64,000 nucleotides of DNA, from positions 62,001 through 126,000 of the forward strand of contig NIVC01002709.1 of NCBI GenBank assembly GCA_002269645.1. The letters run 5' to 3'. The notes below the pieces were generated by a model. That model had not been told where the DNA came from. It did no database searches and was given only the letters and a program-made list of their open reading frames with translations. The position numbers were made by a program, and so were the translations under genes. This DNA is from Macrostomum lignano. Its lineage: Eukaryota. Below are positions 1 to 12,243 of this stretch, piece after piece (position 1 is the first letter of the stretch; every line of letters begins with the position of its first letter).

Positions 1-283
1 TTCGTTTAAACATATCGCCGCTCTGTTTCTGTCTTGGACTCTAGCGTCAATGTTTTCATGTAGTCTTGTTAATTCTTCTTCGTGTCCGATTAACCACGGG
101 TTTGGGGCGGTCTTCTTGTTTGTGCCACACACCTCTTTGGCGGCTTCGTTAAGTATCTTGGAGAGTGTGTCCCAGTCTTTCATTTTTTCTTTCTCCGTAT
201 CTGCTACCCCTTCATTCTTCATTTCTTCCAGTGTCCTTTGAAGTTTCTCTTCTGTGAGAGCTCTAAACTTTTTAGAAAAGAAA
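1..283 (-). mobile_element. 5'-truncated non-LTR retrotransposon (RTE-like) ORF2 fragment, endonuclease-RT linker; runs off the window edge
   Basis: The minus strand reads open as FFSKKFRALTEEKLQRTLEEMKNEGVADTEKEKKMKDWDTLSKILNEAAKEVCGTNKKTAPNPWLIGHEEE. This matches the W-x6-7-EAAKEVxG...PW pattern typical of the APE-RT linker of LINE ORF2. It begins abruptly next to a host repeat. Confidence 0.7.
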
Positions 284-406
284 GTCCTTGTCATCCTTGT
301 CGTCCTTGTCGTCCTTATCTTACTCTTCGTCTTCCTCTTCATCATCATCATCCTTATCGGCGTCCCTTTTGTCCTTGTCATCCTTGTCGTCCTTGTCGTC
401 CTTATC

Positions 407-648
407 TTCTTCTTCTTCTTCCCTTTTTCGCCTTATGTGGCATGGGCAGTCGTTAGGGGCGTGGTCCGTCGTTAGCAGTCCTTGCAGATGCGTTGGTGGC
501 GTGCCATGTTCGTTGCTGCTAGCGTACGCCCACATCCTTCGCATTGCTTTGTTTTCGCGCGGTATTTTCTCTCACCTCCCGGGGACCGTGTCTCTTCCCG
601 CGTTGTACCGCAGCTCTTGCGGTGTCTCGCTAGATTTGACTTTGATAT
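407..648 (-). mobile_element. 3' end of a non-LTR retrotransposon (RTE-like): C-terminal zinc knuckle, short 3'UTR and (GAA)n tail
   Basis: 648-472 translates ISKSNLARHRKSC...KQCEGCGRTLAATNMARHQRICKDC* (CX2CX11HX3C plus a truncated second copy). It is followed by ...CATAAGGCGAAAAAGGGAAGAAGAAGAAGA and flanked by a 32-bp direct repeat (649-680 and 375-406, 2 mismatches). Confidence 0.7.
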
Positions 649-1029
649 TTGTCATCCTTGTCGTCCCTGTCGTCCTCATCGAGCTCATCATCGTCTTTGT
701 CATCCTCCTCTTTATCATCATCCTTGTCTGCATCCCTGTCGCTTTTGTCGTCTTCATCGACGTCCTTATCGTCGTCAGCCACATCAGAACCGGTGCCGGC
801 GGACCGCATCAGTGGAGAATCGTCAGCGTCGCGCTTAGAACTCAAGTCGGTCTCCGGCCTCTGACCTCGCGGCATCTGAAAATTTTTATTGGCAAAGTTA
901 ATTATCAAAGGGATAATATCATAATAATTCGTTTTCTCCAACGCTTCAGATGATGATGGTGCCGATATGAAGAAAACTTACCGCTGCAGCAGCTGCGATG
1001 ACCAGAAACAGCAAAAAGATGAGCCTCAT
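630..1029 (-). CDS. Small secreted Asp/Glu-rich protein (signal peptide plus acidic repeats); C-terminus interrupted by a LINE insertion
   Basis: Exon 1029-982 is MRLIFLLFLVIAAAAA, ending at a GTAAGT donor. A 106-bp intron ends TTTTCAG. Exon 2 starts at 875 in phase 0: MPRGQRPETDLSSKRDADD...DDKDDK. It now stops at 630 inside the LINE; removing the LINE and one duplication copy restores the frame to TAA at 322-320. Confidence 0.65.
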
Positions 1030-2953
1030 GTTGCGCTAATAAGATGTCTGTAAGTTTTTAACTGTTATTGTTACAGTCGAAGGTTGACTATAGATTTTAT
1101 CTCCCCACTTGAGATTTGAGACATTTTTATATTCCCGAAGTCGGCCTACCGCAGCTTTTCCACCTGTATTGAACTCAAACAATGAATGCAAATTTTTCGA
1201 TTAATAAATATTTTTTCCCATGGCAATTTTTTTTATTTAGTAGCCATAAAGCGAAAAGTGCGCAAATCTTCTAGAAGTCTAGAACTCTTCGTTTACTTAC
1301 TTAATTAATTTCCAGCTTAATCACCTGTCCTTTTAAAAATTCAGAAAAATGGCTCGATATCTGCTCAAATCGCAGATAGGCAAACATTGAATTTAACTCT
1401 TTTGGGAAGCCATTTGCTTAGTATTGTCAAAATTTTAATTTTATTCAAGATTTTCGTCCTGCTGGTTTCTGGAAGCCGCGGCCTGGCAGCTTCGCAGCAA
1501 TAACTAGATTTACATGTAGATTCCGTAGCTGTTACAAATGAAAGTCTAAAACGTTTTGAGCAGTGATTAAAGCTTGCGGATTCCTGGCTCGGAAAAAACC
1601 GAGAATATTCGGCTGCTTTTAGACGATATCGATTCAAAGACCCCGATGACACTAACTCTGCAAGGTAGACCTCTGGAGAGACAACTAAAGGGGTTTTTGT
1701 TTGGACCACTGTAGTGTATATGAGTAACAGGACGTATAAAACTCATGCAAAGATCGCGCAATTTTGGAGGCCAATTTCCTGTAAAAAATACACTGCGAAG
1801 ATAGAAAAAATCTTTTTTCATCACAAAATCTATGATTGCATTTGATCTGGGCAGTGAAGATTACCATTATTTTAATTAGCATGCACAGCGTGTTAGTCTG
1901 TTATATTTTATATGTAGCTGTAGTAGAACTTTTTCGCACACTTCAGTTTTAGGTAAAGTAGTTCCCTTAATGAAAAGTAAATAAACGAAAGAAAGAATCA
2001 GTATAGGGCAGCTAACAATTTTAAAATCTTTTTTCTATATTGCCGATGCGATTCTATAGTCCTTGATCGAAGACATCGCATCTGCAGAGCTACTTAGTCA
2101 AATTTAGTAAAAAACAAATTTTTCATTTAAATTTTTGTTTACCACACATTTAAAATGGAAGCTGGGTGGTTTAATTTAATTGTCACGCGTTGATTCTGCC
2201 GTTGAGGCCTAAATTGAATGACCGCTAGATTATAAATAGGCTTCAAAATGCTATACATTTTGTTCATGAATTTGAATTTGAAACATGCAAAACTATTTTT
2301 TGATTGGAGTTGCGCAAAAAGATATAGCGGGTTTATTAAATAAAGATTAAGATTACAATGAAAATGACCACATGTTCCTAGAATTGAACTCCAAAAATAT
2401 TTGTACACCTTTACTTTTACACTTAAATGTGCAAGTGTTAGCTCGTATCAATCTATCCATGGGCAACTTGATTAAATTCAAGTTGCTTACCCTGCCGGAT
2501 AGGGCAGCTGCTCCTAGCATTAAGATGGGGCACCGCCTTAAAATTTGTTATGGGAAACCATTTAGAAGAGCTCAAATCCGCCCCCTGCCTAAAAACTGGG
2601 GTTATTGTTCTCTTTGTCACGGTTGCGCGTGCCGTATGTAATTTGAAACGTATAAAAAAACAAATCTGTCGTTGATATCAAAATGAAAATGATAGGTAAA
2701 GCCTTTCTTAACTGAATTTTGCTCAAAATTTGGCTTTGAAATCATCTAATAACTGAAAACTTTGTTGTTGTGCAAAGCGATTGTTGAACTTAGATAATTT
2801 TGAAATACTATCAACATTTATTTATTCATTGTAAACTTTAAGGAGGGTTGACCACGAGAGAGTTAGGACCATCATAACAATCATCAGAGTAGAACTAAAG
2901 ATCTTAAAGTCTTACTCTTATTAATATTTTTCGTACAGAAGTTGCAAGTTACA

Positions 2954-5900
2954 ATGCCTTGGGGTTTTCAAACATGCGGCCCTAATGAGGCCCTTGTCAT
3001 TTCGGGTAAGTTTTAGTTAGACTATACTTTGTATAATTTTTTTATTAGCCATCGTAATTTAGGTCGTATTTAGGTCGTCAGCTGATGAAGTGATGTCTAT
3101 TGCTTTATTTCCTCTAATTGGTAATATAAAAACCATTATAAATTAGAAGTCGAGTTGAAATAATTAGCTAGGTCAATTCAAAAGAATAATCATTTTAAGT
3201 AAATTTAACTTTACTTTAAAATTTAAGTCAGGTTCTTCTTTTGTTTAGGGTTCAAAAATTTTGAAAATTTCAATGTACAATTGTAGGTCATAATAAAATT
3301 AAAAAAATTCTTTCCGATTTAGTTGTATTTATATTTGGAGCCAATTTTTTACTTGATATTAATAAACCACAGTCAGGAAGGTGGTAGATTTCATGCAAAA
3401 TTGTGGCGCACATAGGATTTTTTTGGCACACATGGCATAAATGGCACAGAAGAAAGTTTATTATGCACCGTGTGTGCACATTCAATGTACAGAGCATCTT
3501 ACCTAGTGCAGTCTATACTATATTAACTTCTTAGTTCATATGTAAAAGATGAAACATAATGACAAACTTGCTTTTTTCAATTTAAAATGGCACAAAAAGG
3601 TTTTTTAAATTATGGTAACATTACATGTGTACCTAAGAAAATATTACCACAATTGTTTTTTTTTTAACTCAAAATTAAAAATTAAAAAAAGACATAAAAT
3701 TATGTATGTAAAAACATAATTTTTTTGGTACACAGTTAAAAAAATTACAAAGGATTTGTTGCGGCGCACATGGCGCACCTTCCTGACCATGGTTAATAAG
3801 TAGGCCTAGGGCAAAATTTAACTTGAATAATTGGCATTTATTTCTTAGAATATAAGTTTTGCTCTAATATCAATACAAGTTCTGCAAAAAAATAATTATA
3901 TCTATAGAATTTCAAAACAATATATAGGTCTATAAATTGCCAGTTAAAGCTTTAAAAACTTTATATTTGTTTAAAACATTTTAATTTTTATTATAAATTT
4001 TGGCAATTTTCCTTTTTCATTCGTTAAATTAATTAATTTTTCATTTAAACACAAATAGTACTAACTTAAATGACAAAAAATGATAATAGTATGTCATGGA
4101 AACCTTCGTAGCATTTAGAAAAGCTACAAAATTGAAATCGCTCTAAGGCATATAAGAAAATGAAGCAACAATTGTCTTTTAGCAACTGTCTATGGTTAAA
4201 ACTGCAGGGATATCACTAGAAAACATGATGAAGTTCAAAAGTCAAAACTTTGAAGTTTGGTTTATCAGGGGTAATAGCTGGGCAATCCAAAAGAGTATGT
4301 TGCCCAAAGGCCAATGCCCAAAGGCCAAAGGTTGCCAAAGGTAGGCATATGCTTGCCAACCATCAGTAATCACACGTACCAGGGAGAATGTGGCATTGAA
4401 TCAAAGGTAGCAGCATTGCAGCAGTGCGGTTAGGAACAGCAATCATCACACACTTCCTGGCACCACGTTCAACCATGCTTTAGTACCCACTGTCCAGGCT
4501 AGTGGGCACCTTGGTGGTACTTTTGGTGAAAGAAATAGGATTTGTCTATCTCTATATCTCTACTAGGACCACCTAGTTCCACTGGATGATCAATCAGGTA
4601 CTAAGAACAGATGTCCCTGATGAAGTTTTGCCAGTCAACAATAGCATTATGACCAATATTCCATTGTCATTGACACTCACCCTGCTTTGCTTCTGTAGCC
4701 TACCACCAAATGAGATCCAGCAGTTGCTTCAGTGTAAGATGATTAGCTTCAAAAAATGAACCTTTCCAAATTGACACCTGGGCATGACAGCTGGTGTATG
4801 CCCATGCTAGTCCATCCAAGAATCAATCACCCATACGCCATTGCAATTGCATTTGTTGTGCCATTATATCGCTGGCGCTATCTCCAGGGCAGGTCAAGCA
4901 AGACCATTGGTTTGCAATAAGATGGTATGTTGCCATCCAGTTGATAATGTCTTTGGAGCTATACTCCTAGTTATATTTTATTCTATAGTTTATCCAAGTA
5001 GATAATAATATAGCAAAGTAGATATTAAAAATATGGATAAAAATGATTAATGCAAGTATAATATTTAAAATAATTTATAATTTTGTTTTTAAAGTTCAAA
5101 AACAATTGAAATATAAGGGAATTAATATATGAATATATGAATTAATATATTATTAATTGAAATAATAATACCCAAAAGTATTATTTTTCATTATATCTCT
5201 TGTTCTGATGATCTAAATATCATAATTTTGCACAAATTTATGGTGGAAACTCTCTGCATAATAACTTTAACAACTGTAAAATAAGACATTAGAAACAAAA
5301 GTTACAAACTAAAATATAGCAGGAGTTGACTATAGACTTATAGTAAGTCAATAAGCCATTAGAAAGTAGCAAAACTTTTGATTGAATATACTAGACTTCT
5401 TTATTAGGCTGCTTTGACAAAGAGATATCTATGGAAAAACTTAGAGAAACATAAAACTTTTAAAGCAATTGAATATTTCACACTAGGCTTTAGCTTTATT
5501 GCTTTTTGTTCCCTCCTTTTGCAATGCCAAAAGTCATGAATATGCATTCAAATGTTGCTTGGGGGAGTATGATTTATATCATTTGGAGGATAAGGCACAA
5601 TGTAGCCAAGATTCATGCACAAACTTTTAACTTATTTTAGGTCTATGGTTAAACTCTTGCTATATTTAAGTTTGTAGCTTTTGTTTCTATTGTCTGTTTT
5701 AAAGGTGGTAAAGTTAATATAAAGAAGAGAGTGGCCAATTTAAATTTGTTCAAAATGATATTTTTTGGATCATTATTATGAGAGATATAATAAAAAGTAA
5801 TATTACTTTTGGTATAGCCCTTGTATAATCAATGCAGTCAAAGCTAAGATATATTTCCTTTTTTATTTTTTTATCAGTGACAGGTAGCTATGTTTAGCCT

Positions 5901-8900
5901 AATGTACCTACTAAGTAATATTGTTATACAACTAGCAAGATGAATTATTACCCATTTTATTGATTCCCTTAGCAGGCATATAAGTATACAAATATATATA
6001 GTTATGTACATAGGCATATATTTACATGAGTATATAGAGGCTTAGACTTTATTTTTATCAAGTTTTTAAACTTAATTATTCCTTGGGGGTTGGCCTTCAA
6101 GTTCATTAATTGCATAAGCAGACCCAAGCCAACATGCTTAGGTGCAACCTAGGGATTCACCTGGCCATTTCTATTGGCAAGACATACATGTAAGTTGTTA
6201 TTGGATGCAATAGTAGTCACGCAACTGCTCTTAGCCAATAACAACTTACATGTATGTGTTGCCAATAGAAATGGCCAAGTGATTCCCAAGGTTGCGCATG
6301 TATGCAAGCCAAGATTCCAATTTAGCCTAAAAAATTAATATGATTGCATTTGGAATTAGGACTAGGCTACTAGTACACAAGAGTGCCATACTAGTCAACT
6401 AGGCTACAGTCTCCCTCATTTTATTAGGCTTAGCATAAGGTACAAGTGTGTCATGGGTTATTTCTTAACTATACAGGGTGGCCTACAAAATTGACAAAAT
6501 TTTAACACAATGTTGCCACATGTATAGCATTATAATTGGCATTAGAAAACAGTTCTGAAGTACTGCAAGTGCCTCAAGCAAGTGATAGAAAAAGATGGAA
6601 GTCACATCAAAGTGTGCAGTTGAACTGACAATGAAATCATTTGTGTGTGCAAGTGCTTGTATATGTAACTTTTGCAAATATAATGCTATACTTGTGGCAA
6701 CATTGTGTTAACTTTTTGTCAACAAGTTAGTTGCAAATGACAAAAGTTATTAACATATTATTTGAATCAGGTACATTATGTGGGCCACCCTGTATGTGAT
6801 ATTTAAACATTTTTAGGTACCATGTTTATATTCTATTTTAATTTAAATGGTAAATATTACAAGATTAGTCACTATTGAGACATTTCTTAGCCAAGACACC
6901 TATGCTATCAATTTCTGATTGAATGGTACAAGTTTGAAGAAAATTAGTTGACCTGTTTTTTTCTAAATTAATCACATTTTTGTATATTAGATTGAACCAA
7001 AGTTCCTATAGATAGATAGGTAGGTAGGTAAATAGTTTTAGTATATAGGATATATAGGAATATATTAGGGGTCAGCAACTTTTCTCTAACTCAAGAGGGC
7101 CAGAGAGATAACCTAGCGCATGACTGCAGGCCAGAGGAGAGGGAATAGAGAGAATAGAGATATAAAGGAGAAGAGAGATGAGAGGCAGGATGAAATCGAA
7201 GAGGAGAGAACAGGAGCGAAAAGGAGAGGAGAGAGGAGAGAAGAGGAGTTTAGAGAGGAGCGAAAAGGAGAGGAGAGAGGAGAGAAGAGGAGTTTAGAGA
7301 GGAGCGAAAAGGAGAGAAGAGAGGAGAGAAGAGGAGTTTAGAGAGGAGCGAAAAGGAGAGGAGAGAGGAGAGAAGAGGAGTTTAGAGAGGAGCGAAAAGG
7401 AGAGAAGAGAGGAGAGAAGAGGAGTTTAGAGAGGAGCGAAAAGGAGAGAAGAGGAGTTTAGAGAGGAGAGAAGAGGAGTTTAGAGAGGAGCGAAAAGGAG
7501 AGAAGAGAGGAGAGAAGAGGAGTTTAGAGAGGAGCGAAAAGGAGAGAAGAGGAGTTTAGAGAGGAGAGAAGAGGAGTTTAGAGAGGAGCGAAAAGGAGAG
7601 GAGAGAGGAGAGAAGAGGAGTTTAGAGAGGAGCGAAAAGGAGAGAAGAGGAGTTTAGAGAGGAGCGAAAAGGAGAGAAGAGGAGTTTAGAGAGGAGCGAA
7701 AAGGAGAGAAGAGAGGAGAGAAGAGGAGTTTAGAGAGGAGCGAAAAGGAGAGAAGAGGAGTTTAGAGAGGAGCGAAAAGGAGAGGAGAGAGGAGAGAAGA
7801 GGAGTTTAGAGAGGAGCGAAAAGGAGAGGAGAGAGGAGAGAAGAGGAGTTTAGAGAGGAGCGAAAAGGAGAGGAGAGAGGAGAGAAGAGGAGTTTAGAGA
7901 GGAGCGAAAAGGAGAGGAGAGAGGAGAGAAGAGGAGTTTAGAGAGGAGCGAAAAGGAGAGGAGAGAGGAGAGAAGAGGAGTTTAGAGAGGAGCGAAAAGG
8001 AGAGGAGAGAGGAGAGAAGAGGAGTCTAGAGAGGAGCGAAAAGGAGAGAAGAGGAGTTTAGAGAGGAGCGAAAAGGAGAGGAGAGAGGAAAGAAGAGGAG
8101 TTTAGAGAGGAGCGAAAAGGAGAGAAGAGGAGTTTAGAGAGGAGCGAAAAGGAGAGGAGAGAGGAGAGAAGAGGAGTCTAGAGAGGAGCGAAAAGGAGAG
8201 GAGAGAGGAGAGAAGAGAAGTCTAGAGAGGAGCGAAAAGGAGAGAAGAGGAGTTTAGAGAGGAGCGAAAAGGAGATAAGAGAAGAGAGAAGAGGAGTTTA
8301 GAGAGGAGCGAAAAGGAGAGAAGAGGAGTTTAGAGAGGAGCGAAAAGGAGAGGAGAGAAGAGAGAAGAGGAGTCTAGAGAGGAGCGAAAAGGAGAGAAGA
8401 GGAGTTTAGAGAGGAGCGAAAAGGAGAGGAGAAAGAGCAGGGAGTATATTAGAGAGACGAGAGCTGAGAAGAGATACACATTGCTTTCGTGAAGTTTCAA
8501 AGGACCCGAGGGCCGAGGGACATAATCATTTTTTGTATATTAAAGACATAAGAAACAATACTTGTTGAAAGGACTACTAATCTCAAATTATCAACCACTA
8601 AATAACTGCCAGGCTGTTGCCACAGCAAGCCAATGTACATCCCTGGCGGCAGGAAGTTTGTACTTCCCGGCATTCAGCAGGTCCAGCGCCTCTCTCTCAA
8701 CACCATGACCATCACCATCGAGTCGCCGAGAATCTACACCCAGCTCGGCGTCCCAGTGACTGTCACGGGGGTTGCCCAGCTGCGCATCAAGGGCCAGAAT
8801 CAGGAGATGCTGGCCGCCGCAGCTGAACAATTTCTAGGAAAGAGTGAGCACGAGATTACGGAGATCTCTCGGGAAACTCTTGAAGGTCATCAGCGCGCCA

Positions 8901-10092
8901 TCATGGGTAACATGACTGTGGAGGAGATCTATAAGGACAGGAAAAAGTTCAGCAAGTGTGTGTTCGAGGTAATTCTGCACTGATTCTATTGTCCCAGATG
9001 CGTTTGTTTTGTAATATTCCCAGGCAGAATAGGATTCTATTCCCAGGAAGTATAGTATTCTATTCCCAGGAGGAATAGGATTATATTCCCAGGAAGAATA
9101 GGATTCTATTCCCAGGAATAATATGATTTAATTTCCAGATAGAATAGGATTCTATTCCCACGAAGAATATGATTCTATTCCCAGGAAGAATATGATTCTA
9201 TTCCCAGGAAGAATAGGAGTCTATTCCCAGGAAGAATATAATTCTATTCCCAGGAAGAATAGGAGTCTATCCCCAGGAAGAATAGGATTCTATTCCCAGG
9301 AAGAATATCTTTCTATGTACTAAAAATGCAACCGCCCACTGCCTCTTCCCAGGTGGCCTCCTCCGACCTGGTGAACATGGGCATCAGCGTGGTGTCCTAC
9401 ACGCTGAAGGACATCAAGGACGACGAAGGCTACCTGAAAGCCCTCGGCCTGTCCCGCACTGCTCAGGTGAAGCGAGATGCTCGCATCGGCGAGGCGGAGG
9501 CGCAGAAAGAGTCGGGCATCAAGGAGGCCATGGCTGAGCAGGAGCGCATGGCCGCCAAGTACAAGAACGACATCGAGATCGCCAAGGCTCAGCGAGACTA
9601 CGAGCTGAAGAAGGCCGCCTTCGATCAGGAGGTGCAGGCTAAGAAGGCCGAGTCCGATCTGGCCTACGAGCTGCAGGCGGCCAAAACTCGCCAGCAGATC
9701 AAGGAGGAGGAGATGCAGATCAAAGTGGTGGAGCGGACTCAGCAGATCAATGTGCAGGTGAGGCAGTCACTGCAAATTGGCTTGGCTCTGCTCGTGCAAT
9801 CTCGGCTTGGCTCTGCTCGTGCAATTAATGCCCTTGAAGGCCAAACCCCAAGGCGCAGTGAAGTGTACATGCCTAACGATAAATAAAGTTAGGGCCGCTG
9901 TACACTCCTGTGTGAGTGTGTGCCTGCGCGTATGACTGCGTACGTATCCGCGCGCTTGTGTGCCTGCTCAGGGGAGTCGGCGGAATGGGCAGTAATGCCT
10001 CTCGCCGGTTGTGCGACATTGTCGCTTAAAGTGCGCCAGGGTGCACACAGACCCCTGTCTCTGCTAAATAAGACAGACTGTCAGACAGACAA

Positions 10093-10147
<55 letters not shown>

Positions 10148-10749
10148 CACAGACTGTCAGACAGACAGACAGACAGACACACAGACAGACAGACACACAC
10201 ACACACACACAGACAGACAGTGGCAGCCAGTCCCGCACCCGCCCGCAGGAGCTGGAGATTGTCCGCAAGGAGCGCCACCTGGACGCCAGCGTGCGCAAGC
10301 CGGCCGAGGCGGAGCGCTACAGGCTGGAGAAGATTGCGGAGGCGGAGAACCAGAAGATCGTGCTGGAGGCGCAGGCGGAGGCCGAGTCAATCCAGCTGAA
10401 GGGCGAGGCTGAAGCCTACGCTATCGAGGCCAGGGCCAAGGCCACGGCCGAGCAGATGGCCAAGAAGGCGGACGCCTGGAAGGAGTACGGCGAAGCCGCC
10501 AAGCTGGATTTGGTGCTGAAGACTCTGCCGAAGCTCGCGGCCGAGGTGGCCCAGCCGCTGGCCGGGGCCAACAAGATCACCATGGTGAGCAACGGCGGCA
10601 AAGGCTCGGAGCTGGGCGCCGCCAAGATCACCGGCGAAGTCATGGACATCATGGAGCGCCTGCCGCGCATTGTCAACAGCATGGCTGGGGTGGACATCGC
10701 CAAGACGATGGGCGGCGGCGAAGGAGGCGGCGGCAAGAGGCGCAACTGA
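2954..10749 (+). CDS. FLOT1: Flotillin-1 (SPFH + flotillin domain), 437 aa
   Basis: Exons 2954-3005 ([18 protein letters not shown]), 8613-8968, 9353-9757 and 10249-10749. All junctions are GT-AG with consistent phases 1,0,0. Motifs [39 protein letters not shown] and GAAKITGEV match flotillin-1. Confidence 0.95.
3366..3793. mobile_element. MITE-like element, about 430 bp, with 18-bp terminal inverted repeats
   Basis: Left end ACCACAGTCAGGAAGGTG, right end CACCTTCCTGACCATGGT. Both sides are flanked by TAATAA (3360-3365, 3794-3799). AT-rich non-coding interior. Confidence 0.6.
6144..6295. repeat. Long hairpin / foldback element (61-bp arms, 30-bp loop)
   Basis: 6144-6204 is the reverse complement of 6235-6295, with about 4 mismatches. 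Confidence 0.8.
6474..6792. mobile_element. Tc1/mariner-superfamily MITE with TA target duplication
   Basis: TA|CAGGGTGGCC ... GGCCACCCTG|TA. There is also an internal inverted pair of about 33 bp (about 6502-6534 vs 6679-6711). Confidence 0.7.
7200..8440. repeat. Purine-rich minisatellite (GAGGAGTTTAGAGAGGAGCGAAAAGGAGAG-based units) in FLOT1 intron 1
   Basis: Tandem units of variable length are directly visible. Confidence 0.9.
9016..9310. repeat. About 25-bp minisatellite (TATTCCCAGGAAGAATAGGATTC) filling FLOT1 intron 2
   Basis: Tandem copies lie between the donor at 8969 and the acceptor at 9352. Confidence 0.85.
10071..10220. repeat. (GACA)n/(CA)n microsatellite in FLOT1 intron 3
   Basis: Directly visible; ends about 28 nt before the acceptor. 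Confidence 0.9.
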
Positions 10750-10807
10750 TTCAACAATTGATTGGCAACTTTTCACCTGCGGCTAGGGATATGGAATTTC
10801 AGATCAG

Positions 10808-11380
10808 CTAGAGACCATCTAAGGGCAATCTAGAGACCATCTAAGGGCAATCTAGAGACCATCTAAGGGCAATCTAGAGACCATCTAAGGGTAATCTAGA
10901 GATCATTTAAGGGTACATCTAGAGATCGTCTACGGGTAATCTAAAGATCAGCTAAGGGTAATCTAGAGATCATCTAAGGGTAATCTAGAGATCATCTAAG
11001 GGTAATCTAGAGATCATCTAAGGGTTATTTAGAGATAATCTAAGGGTACATCTAGAGATCATCTAAGGGTAATCTAGAGATCATCTAAGGGTAATCTAGA
11101 GATCATCTAAGGGTTATTTAGAGATAATCTAAGGGTACATCTAGAGATCATTTAAGGGTAATCTAGAGATCATCTACGAATAGTTTAGATATCCTTTAAC
11201 GTTAATCTAAAGATCATTTAAAGGTAAATCTAGAGATCATTTAAGGGTAATCCAGAGATTATCTAAGGGTAATCTAGAGATCATCTACGGATAGTCTAGA
11301 TATCCTCTAACATTAATCTAAAGATTATATTAGGGTAATCCGTAAATCATATAAGACTAATCTAAAAATCATCTAGAGAT
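10808..11380. repeat. 20-21-bp TCTAGA-containing minisatellite downstream of the FLOT1 stop
   Basis: Unit TCTAGAGATCATCTAAGGGTAA, degenerate toward its 3' end. Confidence 0.85.
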
Positions 11381-12243
11381 TGAATAGATTAAACAGATTC
11401 GACAATCTCGAGGCCAAGGAATTTTTAGTCTGGATAAATCCGGCTTTCTGGCAGCCTGACTGAAGTGTTTTTAAAGAATTCTGTGGTTTTTTCGTGTCCA
11501 GAAGAGTTTCGTTTTTAAACACGCTAATCGTCTGCTTCTCTGTTTATCCTCTCTATTATATTAGTCTGTCTCTCTGTGTAAGCGATTTATAAATATTTCT
11601 CAACACTGGCCCTATTCAATATGCGCGATACCCAAAGTTTTTTGTTTCTAAGCGTTTTTACTATTGCTATTTTCAATACGCACTACTTTTGCGTTCCTAT
11701 TGTTTCATTCTAAGTCAGTAGTAATAAGCGGGTTTTTTAAATTTATTTTTCCTTGAAAAAAATTGACGCTTAAGGCACGCCATACTACTTGCTGTTATAT
11801 AGAGTAGTAACTGTTGTTCTTTTAGCATCGTTTATTAATCCGCTATCGGCTTCAGCGTCCCCTTCTCGTCAGTTGATTAAAAGTACTAATTCAAATATTT
11901 ATCTAATTTTTTTTAAATGCATAATCGCCAATACATTACTCGTACTATGGCAGTGCAATAATAATTTGCAGCGATATGTTTGCACAAAAATCCTCCTTAA
12001 ATTATTGTATTCACACTATCCACATGCTACCAAGATTTTGTAAATCTTGCGACTAAGGAATTTTAGCGTTGAGCGAAAAACCGCCACTGTTTTAATTAAA
12101 AAATCGATTGTGCAACAAAATAGTCTTTAATGATGAATAATGAGAGCGCTTATAATTTGTTCTATCGAATAACAAAATTGCATCTGCGTTTCTCGGCTTT
12201 TTAATTTTATTTCTTCTATTCAAGCTGTTTTGTTCTATAGATT

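Noticed and set aside
7065-7110. hAT-like left end (TAGGGGTCAGCAAC...)
   Set aside because: No matching right TIR or 8-bp TSD was found nearby.
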